64,000 nt of DNA from Nitrospirota bacterium (lineage in GTDB: Bacteria > Nitrospirota > Nitrospiria > Nitrospirales > NS-4). Location: the NCBI GenBank assembly GCA_963788195.1, contig CAWBGA010000013.1, forward strand, positions 384,001-448,000. The letters run 5' to 3'. The position numbers were made by a program, and so were the translations under genes. Of this stretch, positions 11,350-21,449 are shown piece by piece. The stretch's first letter is position 1. Each line of letters starts with the position of its first letter. The notes under the pieces are model-generated. The model did not search any database. It saw only the letters and a list, made by a program, of their open reading frames with translations, and had not been told where the DNA came from.

Positions 11350-12179
11350 CGCGGGCTGTAAATGATGCGCTCATCGAGGAAACCGAATTCCGTCTTTTGC
11401 TCGAGGGCGTGTTGAACTGCTACGGCTACGATTTCCGTGAGTATGACATGGCGCCGTTGAAGCGCCGTATCTGGGAGCAGGTGCACGCAGAGGGCGCCCA
11501 GACGCTATCCGGTTATCAGGAGAAGATCCTCCACGAGCCGGCATGCCTGGAGCAGTTGCTGCTCGCTCTTCGAGCGGAAGAAACCACCCTCTTTCACGAC
11601 GCGGAGTTTTGGCAGACGTTTCGAGCCATCGTTGTTCCCATGCTTAGGACCTTTCCTTCGATTCAGATCTGGGTACCCGGATGTGCAGGCGGGGAAGACG
11701 TGTTCTCCCTGGCGATCATTCTGAAGGAGGAAGGCCTTCAGCATCGGGCGCGCATTTATGCAACGGACTTGAGCGAGGCGGTCCTGACAAAAGCGAGGGC
11801 AGGGATCTTCCCCCTGAGCCGGATCGTCGACGATGCCGAACGCTATCTGCAAGCGGGAGGAAGCCGGGTGTTCTCCGAATACTATCGGATCGAACGGGAT
11901 TACGCACTGGTCGACGACTCTGTCATGGAGTCGATCGTTTTTGCGGAGCACAACCTCGGGACAGACGGACCGTTCAACCTGTTTCAAGCCATTCTCTGCC
12001 GGCGGGGTTTGGGCGCGTTCAATGAATGGCTCCAAGAGCGAGTCCATGCTCTATTTATGGAGAGCCTCAGCCGATCCGGTGTACTGGCGCTGGGGATCGA
12101 CGGGTTGCCGAAGTTGCCCTTGACACAGCGGTACGAGCGGCTGCCCGTTGTCCCGAACTTGTATCGGAAGGTGAAATAA
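11346..12179 (+). CDS. cheR: CheR-type protein-glutamate methyltransferase
   Basis: YGYDFREY, IWVPGCAGGED, IYATDLS, VFAEHNL; overlaps kinase stop (ATGA). Confidence 0.85.
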   Translation: MTRAVNDALIEETEFRLLLEGVLNCYGYDFREYDMAPLKRRIWEQVHAEGAQTLSGYQEKILHEPACLEQLLLALRAEETTLFHDAEFWQTFRAIVVPMLRTFPSIQIWVPGCAGGEDVFSLAIILKEEGLQHRARIYATDLSEAVLTKARAGIFPLSRIVDDAERYLQAGGSRVFSEYYRIERDYALVDDSVMESIVFAEHNLGTDGPFNLFQAILCRRGLGAFNEWLQERVHALFMESLSRSGVLALGIDGLPKLPLTQRYERLPVVPNLYRKVK

Positions 12180-13375
12180 TGGCCTTAGCGGCGGAGTCGG
12201 CGGCATTGCCGGGGGAGACGCAGGCCCCAGTTGAAAAGGTTCTTCTGGTGGATGACAACCCGCAGAGCTTGCTGGCCCTGGAGGCGATCCTGGAGGGGTC
12301 CGATCGCGGGATCGTCAAGGCATCCTCGGGCGAAGAGGCGCTCAAGCATTTGTTGGAACAGCAATTCGCAGTGATCCTACTCGACATCAAGATGGCCGGC
12401 ATCGACGGCTATGAAACTGCGAAAATAATCCGAGAGCGAGAAAAGACCCGGGACATCCCCATCATTTTCTTGACCAGCTATAACAAAGCAGACGCTCAAA
12501 TCGCCAAAGGCTACGCCTACGGCGCCGTGGACTACATCATCAAGCCGGTCGTTCCGGAGACACTTCGCTCAAAGGTCGCTGTCTTCATCGAGTTGGCACG
12601 GCGGACAGCGGCCTTGCGCCAAAAAAATATGCAGTTGGAGGCAGCGGAAGCGGCCCTTCAGGCGCGCACGCGAGAACTTGCGGAGCGAGTGGAAGAGTTG
12701 GCCCGGTCCAACGCAGAACTGGAGCGCTTTGCCTATGTGGCCTCGCACGACCTGAAGGAGCCTCTTCGGATGGTCACGAGTTACACGAGCCTCCTGGCCC
12801 GTCGTTATAAGGGGAAGCTCGACAGTGACGCCGATGCGTTTATCAATTACGCCGTCGACGGGGCTGTTCGCATGGAACAACTCATTCAGGATCTGCTGCT
12901 CTATAGCCGCGCGGGGATTCGGGACTGGTGTTGTAAGCCTGTGGACTGCGAAGTCGTACTCGCTCGCGCGCTCGCCAACCTTCAGACGGCGCTCGAGGAG
13001 ACCGGCGCACGTGTCACTCACGATCCTCTTCCAACGGTGAAGGCAGACGACACGCAGTTGGTACAGGTTTTCCAAAACCTGATCGGCAACGGGATCAAGT
13101 TTCGAAGTGAGCTGACGCCGAACATCCATGTCTCCGTCAAAAATCAGGAGACAGAGTGGGTCCTTGCGATCCAGGATAACGGTATCGGCATCGACCCCGC
13201 GTACGCCGACCGGATTTTCGTGATCTTCCAGCGGTTACACACCCGTGCCGATTATCCTGGCAATGGCATCGGTCTCGCGATCTGCAAAAAGGTCATCGAG
13301 AACCACGGGGGACGAATCTGGCTCAAGTCACTGCCCCGCAAAGGCGCCACCTTTTATTTTACGATCCCCAAATAG
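12179..13375 (+). CDS. hybrid response regulator/sensor histidine kinase (REC-HisKA-HATPase)
   Basis: [18 protein letters not shown]-box [29 protein letters not shown] coupling with cheR. Confidence 0.93.
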   Translation: MALAAESAALPGETQAPVEKVLLVDDNPQSLLALEAILEGSDRGIVKASSGEEALKHLLEQQFAVILLDIKMAGIDGYETAKIIREREKTRDIPIIFLTSYNKADAQIAKGYAYGAVDYIIKPVVPETLRSKVAVFIELARRTAALRQKNMQLEAAEAALQARTRELAERVEELARSNAELERFAYVASHDLKEPLRMVTSYTSLLARRYKGKLDSDADAFINYAVDGAVRMEQLIQDLLLYSRAGIRDWCCKPVDCEVVLARALANLQTALEETGARVTHDPLPTVKADDTQLVQVFQNLIGNGIKFRSELTPNIHVSVKNQETEWVLAIQDNGIGIDPAYADRIFVIFQRLHTRADYPGNGIGLAICKKVIENHGGRIWLKSLPRKGATFYFTIPK

Positions 13376-13455
13376 AACTCACCCCGGGATCAGATGACAC
13401 CCATGGATACTCGGCAAAGAATTACTTCTTAACAATCAGTGAGAAAGGGGAAATT

Positions 13456-13800
13456 ATGGCGGAGATCACGACACCGACGGGCCTCAAATATGAGGATCTC
13501 GTGGAGGGGACAGGGGATTCGGCGAAGGCCGGTCAGATGATCAGTGTGCACTATACAGGATGGCTCACCGATGGCAAAAAGTTCGATTCCAGTAAAGACC
13601 GCGGGCAGCCGTTCCCTTTTGCCCTTGGACAGGGTCAGGTCATCAAAGGATGGGATGAAGGGGTACAAGGAATGAAGGTCGGAGGAAAACGAAAGCTCAC
13701 GATTCCACCCCAGCTAGGGTACGGGTCCCGCGGGGCTGGTGGTGCGATTCCGCCGGGTGCAACCTTGGTTTTTGAAGTGGAGTTACTGAAAATCGGGTAA
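13456..13800 (+). CDS. FKBP-type peptidyl-prolyl cis-trans isomerase
   Basis: [41 protein letters not shown]. Confidence 0.97.
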   Translation: MAEITTPTGLKYEDLVEGTGDSAKAGQMISVHYTGWLTDGKKFDSSKDRGQPFPFALGQGQVIKGWDEGVQGMKVGGKRKLTIPPQLGYGSRGAGGAIPPGATLVFEVELLKIG

Positions 13801-14286
13801 GGACTTTTGGTCAGGGCCGCGATATTTTGCGAAACAAATAAAATCTGTATGGTCATAGTGGTCCGGCAGCACGGTTTCCGGCCGGTACCCGAGTCTTAGA
13901 AACAATGCGACATTGCGGGATGTGGTCAGCATTGTGCAGACGTAAAGCTTATGAGCATTGGTTGCCGTTCGCTCAATTTCCTGCATGAGCGCTTTGCCGA
14001 TGCCACGGCCCTGGTATTCCCGGCTCACCGAGAGCAAACGAATCACGCACACGCCGCCTGCCACCCAGAATCGCACTGATCCCACCAGCCGGTCGTCCCA
14101 CTCAGCTACAAGTATCACCTTGTCCAGCGCATTGAGTCTGATGTTCTCCAGCGTTTCCTTCGTCCAGGCGCTTATGTCGTAGGTTCCTTGATACTCGCCG
14201 AAAGCTTCGGCCTGGATTTTTAAGATCTCTGGAAAATCACGCTCCGTGGCGTGCCTAATTTTCATGTCAGCCTCTGCCTCAGTCAT
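13783..14286 (-). CDS. GNAT family N-acetyltransferase
   Basis: [31 protein letters not shown]. Confidence 0.9.
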   Translation of the reverse strand: MTEAEADMKIRHATERDFPEILKIQAEAFGEYQGTYDISAWTKETLENIRLNALDKVILVAEWDDRLVGSVRFWVAGGVCVIRLLSVSREYQGRGIGKALMQEIERTATNAHKLYVCTMLTTSRNVALFLRLGYRPETVLPDHYDHTDFICFAKYRGPDQKSLPDFQ

Positions 14287-14684
14287 AACCGGTCAGGCAG
14301 GAGCCTGGCAAGTCCGACACGGGAAAAACGAACTCGAAAGGGGAAAAGGAGTTTGTCTTGTGAAGCTACGACTTGAGATGAGAGGCATAAATAAAGAGCA
14401 GAGAAAGTACCCCGGCGGCCTCAAATAATCATCAGGCCTTCGGGTCGAGCAAGCTTTGTTTGGTGGGTGAGTGCGATGAGCCTCGGGGTTGGCGGGTGCA
14501 ATAGCGGCGGAGGAGTCCGTCCGGGAACCCGCTGCGAGCAAGCAAGATGTCGAAAAGACTCCAGGGATGAACAGGTGGGCGTGGGACGTGGGCGCTGCAA
14601 TAGCCACACAGTTGCTGAAAGCACCCGTTTCTGAAAAACTAGTTTATGGTTCTGATGCATAGCGCGAACGTTTGGAGGAGAGCC

Positions 14685-15353
14685 ATGACTAAAAATCCGT
14701 CGCTGCATACGGCGTTCATAGCACTCATCGGTGGATGGATCGGAGGACTGTTGTCAAGCATCATGCTCCAGGGTCATCCCGTGCTGGCTGAGCAGGCTTT
14801 TCCTGCGACGACAGTGACCGCTCAGGAATTCCGGGTCGTTGAGAAGGATGGAACCTTGCGCACTATTATCGGAATGCAGTCCGACGGCACGTCCGGCGCT
14901 ACGTTTTACGATCCTCGCGGAAAAATCCGTGCAGAAATGGGGGTCAACGCAGCCGGTGTTTCTGAGCTTGCCTTATATGATCAGCACGGAAAGCAGCGAA
15001 AGCCCGAGAGCTTTGCATATATGTTCGTTTTGCCAAACGGAGGACCGCGCTTAAGCCTTATTGGAGACGCGGCTAATCTCACCATCGCCAGCGAACGGCG
15101 GGCCGGGTATGCGACATTGAAAATCGAGCCGGACAATAATCCGGTCCTCAGCCTTGAAGGCGAGAATAAGGGCGCCGCCTTGCTCACCATGCTGCAGGAC
15201 GGCTCGCCGAGCTTTACTCTCTACGACCCTGAGGGCTATCGCCGGGCGGCACTGGAGATTAAAGAGCACCGCGTTCCGGGGAAAGGGCCCTTGGCGAGAT
15301 CCACCCTCACACTTTACGATCCGAATGAGAAAATTATTTGGTCGGCGCCATGA
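14685..15353 (+). CDS. hypothetical exported protein with repeated LxLYDxxGxxR beta-hairpin motifs
   Basis: GGAGG RBS, N-terminal hydrophobic segment, repeats ATFYDPRGKIR / LALYDQHGKQR / FTLYDPEGYRR. Confidence 0.7.
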   Translation: MTKNPSLHTAFIALIGGWIGGLLSSIMLQGHPVLAEQAFPATTVTAQEFRVVEKDGTLRTIIGMQSDGTSGATFYDPRGKIRAEMGVNAAGVSELALYDQHGKQRKPESFAYMFVLPNGGPRLSLIGDAANLTIASERRAGYATLKIEPDNNPVLSLEGENKGAALLTMLQDGSPSFTLYDPEGYRRAALEIKEHRVPGKGPLARSTLTLYDPNEKIIWSAP

Positions 15354-15440
15354 CGGATTGGATTGAAACATACTGCGAAAGTGTTTGAGTCGTTCCGATC
15401 GGCCTTGATTGCGCAGATCAACAGGACATAGACTTAAGGC

Positions 15441-16214
15441 ATGCAAAGAACCCAGTATCTGTTTCTGACCGCCTCCATGTGGCTTTGCTGCGTCACGGCC
15501 TGCTCAGGTCCTTCCAACCGGATTGCGGATTATCTCGTTGGCTTTGAGCCGCACGCAGGCCAACAATCCCTCGCCCTGCCGCTTGTCGTGGGCCTCGTGA
15601 TTGCGTTGCCGGAAGCGGAGCTAGGCAAAACCACAACGCCGTCCGTCCAGGAATTCGAGGGCATTGCGGAGCGGATCAAAAAGGAATTAGAGGTCTCCCC
15701 CAATATCAAAGTCGGTCGAATTTTCCCTCCATTCATCATTCCCGCGGGCGGGATTGGGGCGCTGAGTCTGGAGCGTCTACGTCGGACAGCGATGGACCCG
15801 GCCCTGCCTCGGATCGTTGTCGCGGTGCCCACGTCTCAGGGTGCGCGGAAAGTCTATTTCTGGCGGATTGAGGACCAGCTCTTCGCCCGCATGGACGGGG
15901 CGCTCGTGGATCTTGGCACCGGCCAGGTGCTGGCCGGCGACGGGGGGCAGGACGACTACATCCTTGCGCAATCGTACTATGACTTCTCCTATCCGCGTCT
16001 GTATTACCGAACCTTCACCGTGGCGGGGCCGTTTACAATCGTGAGCGGGGACCCTTTTAAAGCCCTGGGGAACGCGGCCTTCTCGGGGGCAGCCGATCAA
16101 ATCGGCATGAAGATGCGACAGTTACTTGATCCTACCCCTCAAGCTCAGGTAGCTGTGACGGAGTACAGGCTCTTGACCGGTCGCATGAATGCGGGTATGA
16201 GTGCGAGCCGGTAG
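15441..16214 (+). CDS. hypothetical lipoprotein
   Basis: Lipobox-like VTAC after hydrophobic N-terminus. Confidence 0.65.
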   Translation: MQRTQYLFLTASMWLCCVTACSGPSNRIADYLVGFEPHAGQQSLALPLVVGLVIALPEAELGKTTTPSVQEFEGIAERIKKELEVSPNIKVGRIFPPFIIPAGGIGALSLERLRRTAMDPALPRIVVAVPTSQGARKVYFWRIEDQLFARMDGALVDLGTGQVLAGDGGQDDYILAQSYYDFSYPRLYYRTFTVAGPFTIVSGDPFKALGNAAFSGAADQIGMKMRQLLDPTPQAQVAVTEYRLLTGRMNAGMSASR

Positions 16215-16222
16215 AGTAAGAG

Positions 16223-16732
16223 TCAAAACCGGGTTAATTGTGCCGCCAGCATAGAGGCGACTTGCTGAAGATCAAATGGCCAGGCGTAACGTAAGTCAAT
16301 CTCGGGATGCTTGCTTCGCAGACGCGCAAGCGTCTCAGGAATCTCCCGTTCCGAATGGGATCCCCCGGGCGTGAACATTGACGGCACCACGCGGATCTGC
16401 CGAGCCCCCGCTGCAATCAATGTTTCCACCGCTTCTTCCACAGTCGGGGCGCAAAATTCATTGTATGCAATCGCGAAAAGTTCCCCGTTGAAAGCCGGCT
16501 TCAGGTGCGCGGCAAGCGATTCGAGGCCGGCTTGGTAGGGGTCGTTCTCCGGCGTGCGCGGCCATTGCCTGATCCGGCGGTCAAGGGCCGTTTCCTCGGG
16601 TGTCGGGTCTCCGCCCGTCGCGCGCCGCTTGCTCTCCAGTGTTTTGAGCGCGTTGAGTGCTTCCCTTGGATAGTCGGTGGGGACGCCTCCATGGCCCACA
16701 AGAACTACTCCGCATTGGGGATGTTCATTCAT
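16223..16732 (-). CDS. CbiX/SirB family sirohydrochlorin chelatase
   Basis: VVLVGHGG, AYNEFCAPTVEEA, VVPSMFTPGGSHSEREIP; AAGGAG RBS before MNEHPQ. Confidence 0.85.
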   Translation of the reverse strand: MNEHPQCGVVLVGHGGVPTDYPREALNALKTLESKRRATGGDPTPEETALDRRIRQWPRTPENDPYQAGLESLAAHLKPAFNGELFAIAYNEFCAPTVEEAVETLIAAGARQIRVVPSMFTPGGSHSEREIPETLARLRSKHPEIDLRYAWPFDLQQVASMLAAQLTRF

Positions 16733-16796
16733 GATATTCTGGCTCCTTGTGTGCCCTATTGTACGATAACGCGCCGCTGCTGATTCAACAAGCTCT

Positions 16797-17297
16797 ATGA
16801 AATCCGGCATTGATCCCGCAGTTGTTCTTCACCCGGAGCGCCCGAACCCCACATATCCGTCCCACACGGCGATGAGGGGCCGCCTTGCCGGCGCTGAGGG
16901 CGTCTCGCCAGCCTCCACTTCTTCAAAGATCTCCGCCGTTGATCTGCGAGGATCAACGGTGGTCTTGACTCTCTCGGAAGCGGTCGATAAGACCAAGGCT
17001 GAAAATCCTAAAAATTACCTGGTTACGATCAATGGCGGAAGCCACATCCTTCCTGGCGGTGCTGTCTCGTACGACTCCGCGACCAGACGCGTCACGCTTC
17101 GAGGCATTCCGTTCCGGCACCGAGACCACATCGGCGTCACGGTGCTGGGGCTCTGGGATCGAATGAAGGATATCCCCGGGCCGTCGGTCAGCTGCATCGC
17201 CCGGGTTCCAGCGTGGCCCCATCTGCGCTCCACGGTTCTGATATTCGTCGCGACTCTCGCAGTGATTCTTGCCCTCCTGCTTACACTGTTGCTATGA
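16797..17297 (+). CDS. hypothetical protein, Ig-like domain plus C-terminal membrane anchor
   Basis: VVLTLSEAVDKTKAENPKNYLV...VSYDSATRRVTL; C-terminal hydrophobic helix; stop overlaps tldD start. Confidence 0.6.
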   Translation: MKSGIDPAVVLHPERPNPTYPSHTAMRGRLAGAEGVSPASTSSKISAVDLRGSTVVLTLSEAVDKTKAENPKNYLVTINGGSHILPGGAVSYDSATRRVTLRGIPFRHRDHIGVTVLGLWDRMKDIPGPSVSCIARVPAWPHLRSTVLIFVATLAVILALLLTLLL

Positions 17298-18748
17298 GCC
17301 GCACTGATTGGGAGGAACTTGCCGAAACTGTCCTGCACCGCATCAAGGCGGCCGGCGCGGAGTACGGGGACATCCGGTTCTTGCATAGTTCCTCCGAGAT
17401 CGTCAGAGGGGAGGATCAGCGTATCGCGCAACTGCATGACAGCCAGGACGTCGGATTTGGGGTACGGGTGCTCTATCGAGGCGCCTGGGGGTTCGCGGCG
17501 AGCTCTGTGATCTCACCAGAAGAGGTTCCCCTGGTCGCCGACCTGGCCCTTGAGATTGCGAAGGGATCGGCGACGCTGACGCGCGAGCCCGTTCATCTTG
17601 CGTCGGAGCCAATACACACAGACTCGATTTCAATACCGTATCGTCTCGATCCGTTTACCGTTCCGCTCGAAGAAAAAACGCGCTTGCTTTTGGAAACGAT
17701 GGAAATCCTCCATCGTCAATCCGGCATTTTCAGGAGCCGCGCGAGCATATGGGCGCGCCGAGATCGCAAATTCTTTGCATCCACGGAGGGGGGCCGCATC
17801 CACTTTGACCTTCTTGCGGTGCAGGGGGAGTTTGAAGCCACGGCGATGCATGATGGGCGCTTTGCCTCGCGGAGCTTTAGCACCCCGCATCGCCGCGCAG
17901 GGTATGAGGCGATTCAGGAAGCGGGCTTTCTTCGTGAAGCCCCGCGCGTGGCCGCTCAAGCACGAGAGAAAGTCCTGGCGCCGGCGGTAGATGCAGGCGA
18001 ATATGATCTCGTGCTGGATCCGGAACATCTGTCCCTGACAATTCACGAGTCATGCGGACATCCGAGCGAGCTTGACCGGGCTTTGGGGTACGAGGCGAAC
18101 TACGCCGGCACAAGCTTCCTCACGCCCGACAAGCGCGGTTGGTTTCGCTATGGTTCGCGGCATGTGACGATGGTGGCGGATAACACCGAGCCCGAGACCC
18201 TAGCCGCCACGGGGTACGATGACGATGGGGTGGCCTGTCAACGATGGGACATCATTCGCGAGGGAATTTTTGTCGACTACTGCACGAACCGGGAAGTCGC
18301 GCCGAAGATCGGGGAAGAACGATCGCGAGGCTCGAACCGGGCCGATGGCTGGGGAAGTATACCGATGGTCCGCATCGCGAACATCGGGCTGCAACCCGGC
18401 ACCGGCAGCCCGGAAGACATCATCGCGGACGTCCAGCGTGGGATCTACATAGAAGGACATGGCTCATTCAGCATCGACCAGCAGCGCTATAATTTCCAGT
18501 TTGGCGGGGATGCCTTCTGGCTGATCGAAAACGGCAAGCGGGTCCACATGCTGCGGGATGTAATCTATCATGGGATTACACCTGAGTTCTGGGGCTCGTG
18601 CGACGCGGTCGCAGGGCCGTCCCACCGACAACGGTATGGTTTCATCACATGCGGGAAGGGCCAGCCTGGACAATCGGGCTGGATGACGCATCCTGCCGCT
18701 CATGCGCGGTTTCGCCGTATCAGTGTGATCCGCGGCCAGGCCGAATGA
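17294..18748 (+). CDS. tldD: TldD family metalloprotease
   Basis: GFGVRVLYRGAWGFA, HESCGHPSELDR, GYDDDGV, C-terminal CGKGQPGQ. Confidence 0.93.
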   Translation: MSRTDWEELAETVLHRIKAAGAEYGDIRFLHSSSEIVRGEDQRIAQLHDSQDVGFGVRVLYRGAWGFAASSVISPEEVPLVADLALEIAKGSATLTREPVHLASEPIHTDSISIPYRLDPFTVPLEEKTRLLLETMEILHRQSGIFRSRASIWARRDRKFFASTEGGRIHFDLLAVQGEFEATAMHDGRFASRSFSTPHRRAGYEAIQEAGFLREAPRVAAQAREKVLAPAVDAGEYDLVLDPEHLSLTIHESCGHPSELDRALGYEANYAGTSFLTPDKRGWFRYGSRHVTMVADNTEPETLAATGYDDDGVACQRWDIIREGIFVDYCTNREVAPKIGEERSRGSNRADGWGSIPMVRIANIGLQPGTGSPEDIIADVQRGIYIEGHGSFSIDQQRYNFQFGGDAFWLIENGKRVHMLRDVIYHGITPEFWGSCDAVAGPSHRQRYGFITCGKGQPGQSGWMTHPAAHARFRRISVIRGQAE

Positions 18749-20067
18749 GCGGCGCGTTGGTTGATCAACCTGAGTTTCGTCGAGCCGCGGAGCTGATCCT
18801 CAAGGCCTCAACCGCTGAGCACACAACGATGTATCTGACCGACGTCTCATCGGGTACGACCCGCTTTGCAAATAATCAAGTCGTGCAGAATCTCACGACC
18901 CGCCGAAGTACGGTCGCGATTGATGTGGCCTATGGTCAACAGCATGGCTGTGCGACGACTACGGACCTTTCGGCCGGCGCGCTTCGTGACACCCTTCAGA
19001 GGGCCGAACGGGTGGCTCGTGCCGCGCCCGCCGACCCCGAGTTCCTGCCCCCACCTGGGCCCCAGGAATATCCTGAAGTCCCGGGCGCGTGTCCTGTGAC
19101 GATCGCAGCGGGACCCCCGCGGCGCCTGGCCGAAGCGCGTGCGGCGATCGAACTGTGCGTGGCCGAAGGGCTGACGGCCGCTGGGATTGTCGCAAACTCG
19201 TGGTCCGCCAGGGGGGTGGCCGCGAGCACTGGACTCTTTGGGTATGAGCAGCGGAGTGAGGGACGTTTCAGTGTGACGGCGATAGGGCAGGACTCAACCG
19301 GGTGGGCTGCAAACGCCCATCGGTCGATAGACCGTCTCGCCGTCCCAGAGCGCACCGCCCTGGCAATTAGGAAAGCCAAACGCGCGTCCAGTCCCCGAGA
19401 GATCGAGGCCGGCCGGTATACAGTCATTCTCGAACCTGCCGCGGTGGCTGGATTGCTCAGCACTATGATCTGGATGATGGATTCGAAGTCCTATTATAAG
19501 GGCGATAGCCCGTTTAGCGGCAAACTTGGGCAGGCCATCATGGATTCACGGCTGATGTTGCAAAACCGCCCTGATCATCCCGACCTCCTCGGGGCGCGGT
19601 TTACGTCTGACGGCTTGCCGACCAATGACTGCGCCTGGATCCAGAATGGGGTGCTGCGGGAATTGATGCACGACCGATTCACAGCGAAGCAACATCAGGT
19701 AGAGCGGATCTGCACGCTCGATGCGCCGTACTTATCTGCGGAGCGTGGGTCCGGCACCGTGGAGGATCTGATCAAGAAGACCTCCCGGGGCATCCTGGTG
19801 ACAAATTTCTGGTATATCAGAACCGTCAATCCAACGGACCTCACCCTGACCGGCATGACCCGCGACGGTACGTTCCTTGTGGAAGGCGGCGAGATCAATA
19901 CCGCTGTCAGAAATTTTCGCTTTCATGAAAGCCCAATGGGAGCGTTCAGTAGAATCCATGGTATCGGCACTCCCTCAGAAGCTAGCAGCACAGAATCGAG
20001 TACGAAGATGTTGCTGCCTCCCCTGACGATCGAGGACTTCAACTTCAGCAGCGTGACGCGATTTTAA
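18745..20067 (+). CDS. TldE/PmbA family protein
   Basis: TRFANN, GRYTVILEPAAVA, GILVTNFWYIR, LTGMTRDG; coupled to tldD. Confidence 0.9.
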   Translation: MSGALVDQPEFRRAAELILKASTAEHTTMYLTDVSSGTTRFANNQVVQNLTTRRSTVAIDVAYGQQHGCATTTDLSAGALRDTLQRAERVARAAPADPEFLPPPGPQEYPEVPGACPVTIAAGPPRRLAEARAAIELCVAEGLTAAGIVANSWSARGVAASTGLFGYEQRSEGRFSVTAIGQDSTGWAANAHRSIDRLAVPERTALAIRKAKRASSPREIEAGRYTVILEPAAVAGLLSTMIWMMDSKSYYKGDSPFSGKLGQAIMDSRLMLQNRPDHPDLLGARFTSDGLPTNDCAWIQNGVLRELMHDRFTAKQHQVERICTLDAPYLSAERGSGTVEDLIKKTSRGILVTNFWYIRTVNPTDLTLTGMTRDGTFLVEGGEINTAVRNFRFHESPMGAFSRIHGIGTPSEASSTESSTKMLLPPLTIEDFNFSSVTRF

Positions 20068-20289
20068 TTGTTGCCTTCTGACGGACGTGCGATGTTCCAC
20101 GAAAGGATACGTATCCTGCACCAAGTGGATACAGGCGACCATGGTCTTTGAGCTGCCGAGGTCGACTCAATGGGTGAATTCAAAGAGCTTTTTGACAACC
20201 GGTCCTCGCGGCTGCGATGAGGGGTGCTGGCACCTTGATTGCGTAATTCAGTACAGTAGAGATTCCTTGTCAATAAAAGATCGAAAAAC

Positions 20290-21408
20290 ATGAAGACACC
20301 AGTAGCTTCGTACATTCACTCCGTTGTGATAGCCATTATGTTGCTGTTGGCGCTTCCCGCGCTGAGCGAGACGGCCGAACCACCGGCAGGCAAAGGTCCT
20401 CCTGTTGCGACGCTCAGCGTCCTCGCCGGGCCTGTCCACTACCTTGCAGCAGGCAGCCGACACAAGCAGGGGGCAAGAAACGGCGTGGACTTGGTGATCG
20501 GAGACCGGGTCATCACTGGCGAGAACGCCACGGCGCTCATCACCTTTCTGGACGGCACCACCGTGACGGTTCAGCCTGAATCGGAGATCGCCATCTCAAA
20601 AGCGGAGTCAAGTAACGGTAAAAATACACGTGTGAACATCCTATTGGGAACGGTCTGGGCCCGTGTGGTTCACGCTCTCGCACCCCGATCAACCTTTTCT
20701 CTGGCGGCCAACGCGGCCACGGCGACAGTTCATGACGCGATGGTCGCCGGCCATGACAGCCTTATCGGCGCACGAGTCAATCCGAACGGCAGTTTCGATT
20801 GTTGGACCCGGTCGGGCGTTTTGCACGTCAGAGACGATGACGGCCAGCGATATGTGACGCTTATGCCTGGTGAAAAAACCAAGGTTGAGCTTGGCAAATT
20901 CAATGCCCGTTTTGGTTTTCGCCTGGACCCTGACCCCGTGGCGCAACCGTTTTCTGTGAACCAAAGCATGTTGAGGATCACCACTTCGTCAAGTGTCTTT
21001 CCTTTGGTTTTCACAGAAGACAAAATGCACGCGGCCGGCTTCATGGGGCCTAACGGAGCCGTTCTGAACTACGTGTTCGGTTCGTACACGGGCGCACCAC
21101 AGGCCAGCGAGTTTGTTGTTGAAGTTCCGGCTGGTGTCGTCGGGCCTTTCGCGCTCTTTCTGGAAGGCGCCCGAGACGATGCGTACCACGTGACAATTGC
21201 GGGTTTGTACAATGGAGAGCAGGTCTACGTACAGAAGCTGTCCGGCACGATAAGGAAAGGCGAACGGGTCAGCCTTGAAATCACGCAACAGCTTGATCCG
21301 GAATTGGAGTCGTATCCGACCATGGCGAGAATCGTGGGCAGCCGTGTTGCACCGTTGGGACAAATGAGAAGCGCCGGCCAAACACTGCTTCACGGCGTCT
21401 CGAGATGA
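20290..21408 (+). CDS. secreted FecR-domain protein
   Basis: Signal peptide; GDRVITGENATALITFLDGTTVTVQPES FecR motif. Confidence 0.8.
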   Translation: MKTPVASYIHSVVIAIMLLLALPALSETAEPPAGKGPPVATLSVLAGPVHYLAAGSRHKQGARNGVDLVIGDRVITGENATALITFLDGTTVTVQPESEIAISKAESSNGKNTRVNILLGTVWARVVHALAPRSTFSLAANAATATVHDAMVAGHDSLIGARVNPNGSFDCWTRSGVLHVRDDDGQRYVTLMPGEKTKVELGKFNARFGFRLDPDPVAQPFSVNQSMLRITTSSSVFPLVFTEDKMHAAGFMGPNGAVLNYVFGSYTGAPQASEFVVEVPAGVVGPFALFLEGARDDAYHVTIAGLYNGEQVYVQKLSGTIRKGERVSLEITQQLDPELESYPTMARIVGSRVAPLGQMRSAGQTLLHGVSR

Positions 21409-21449
21409 TTCTGGTCTCGATGACGCGCTGACCCCGCAACTGGCGACTG

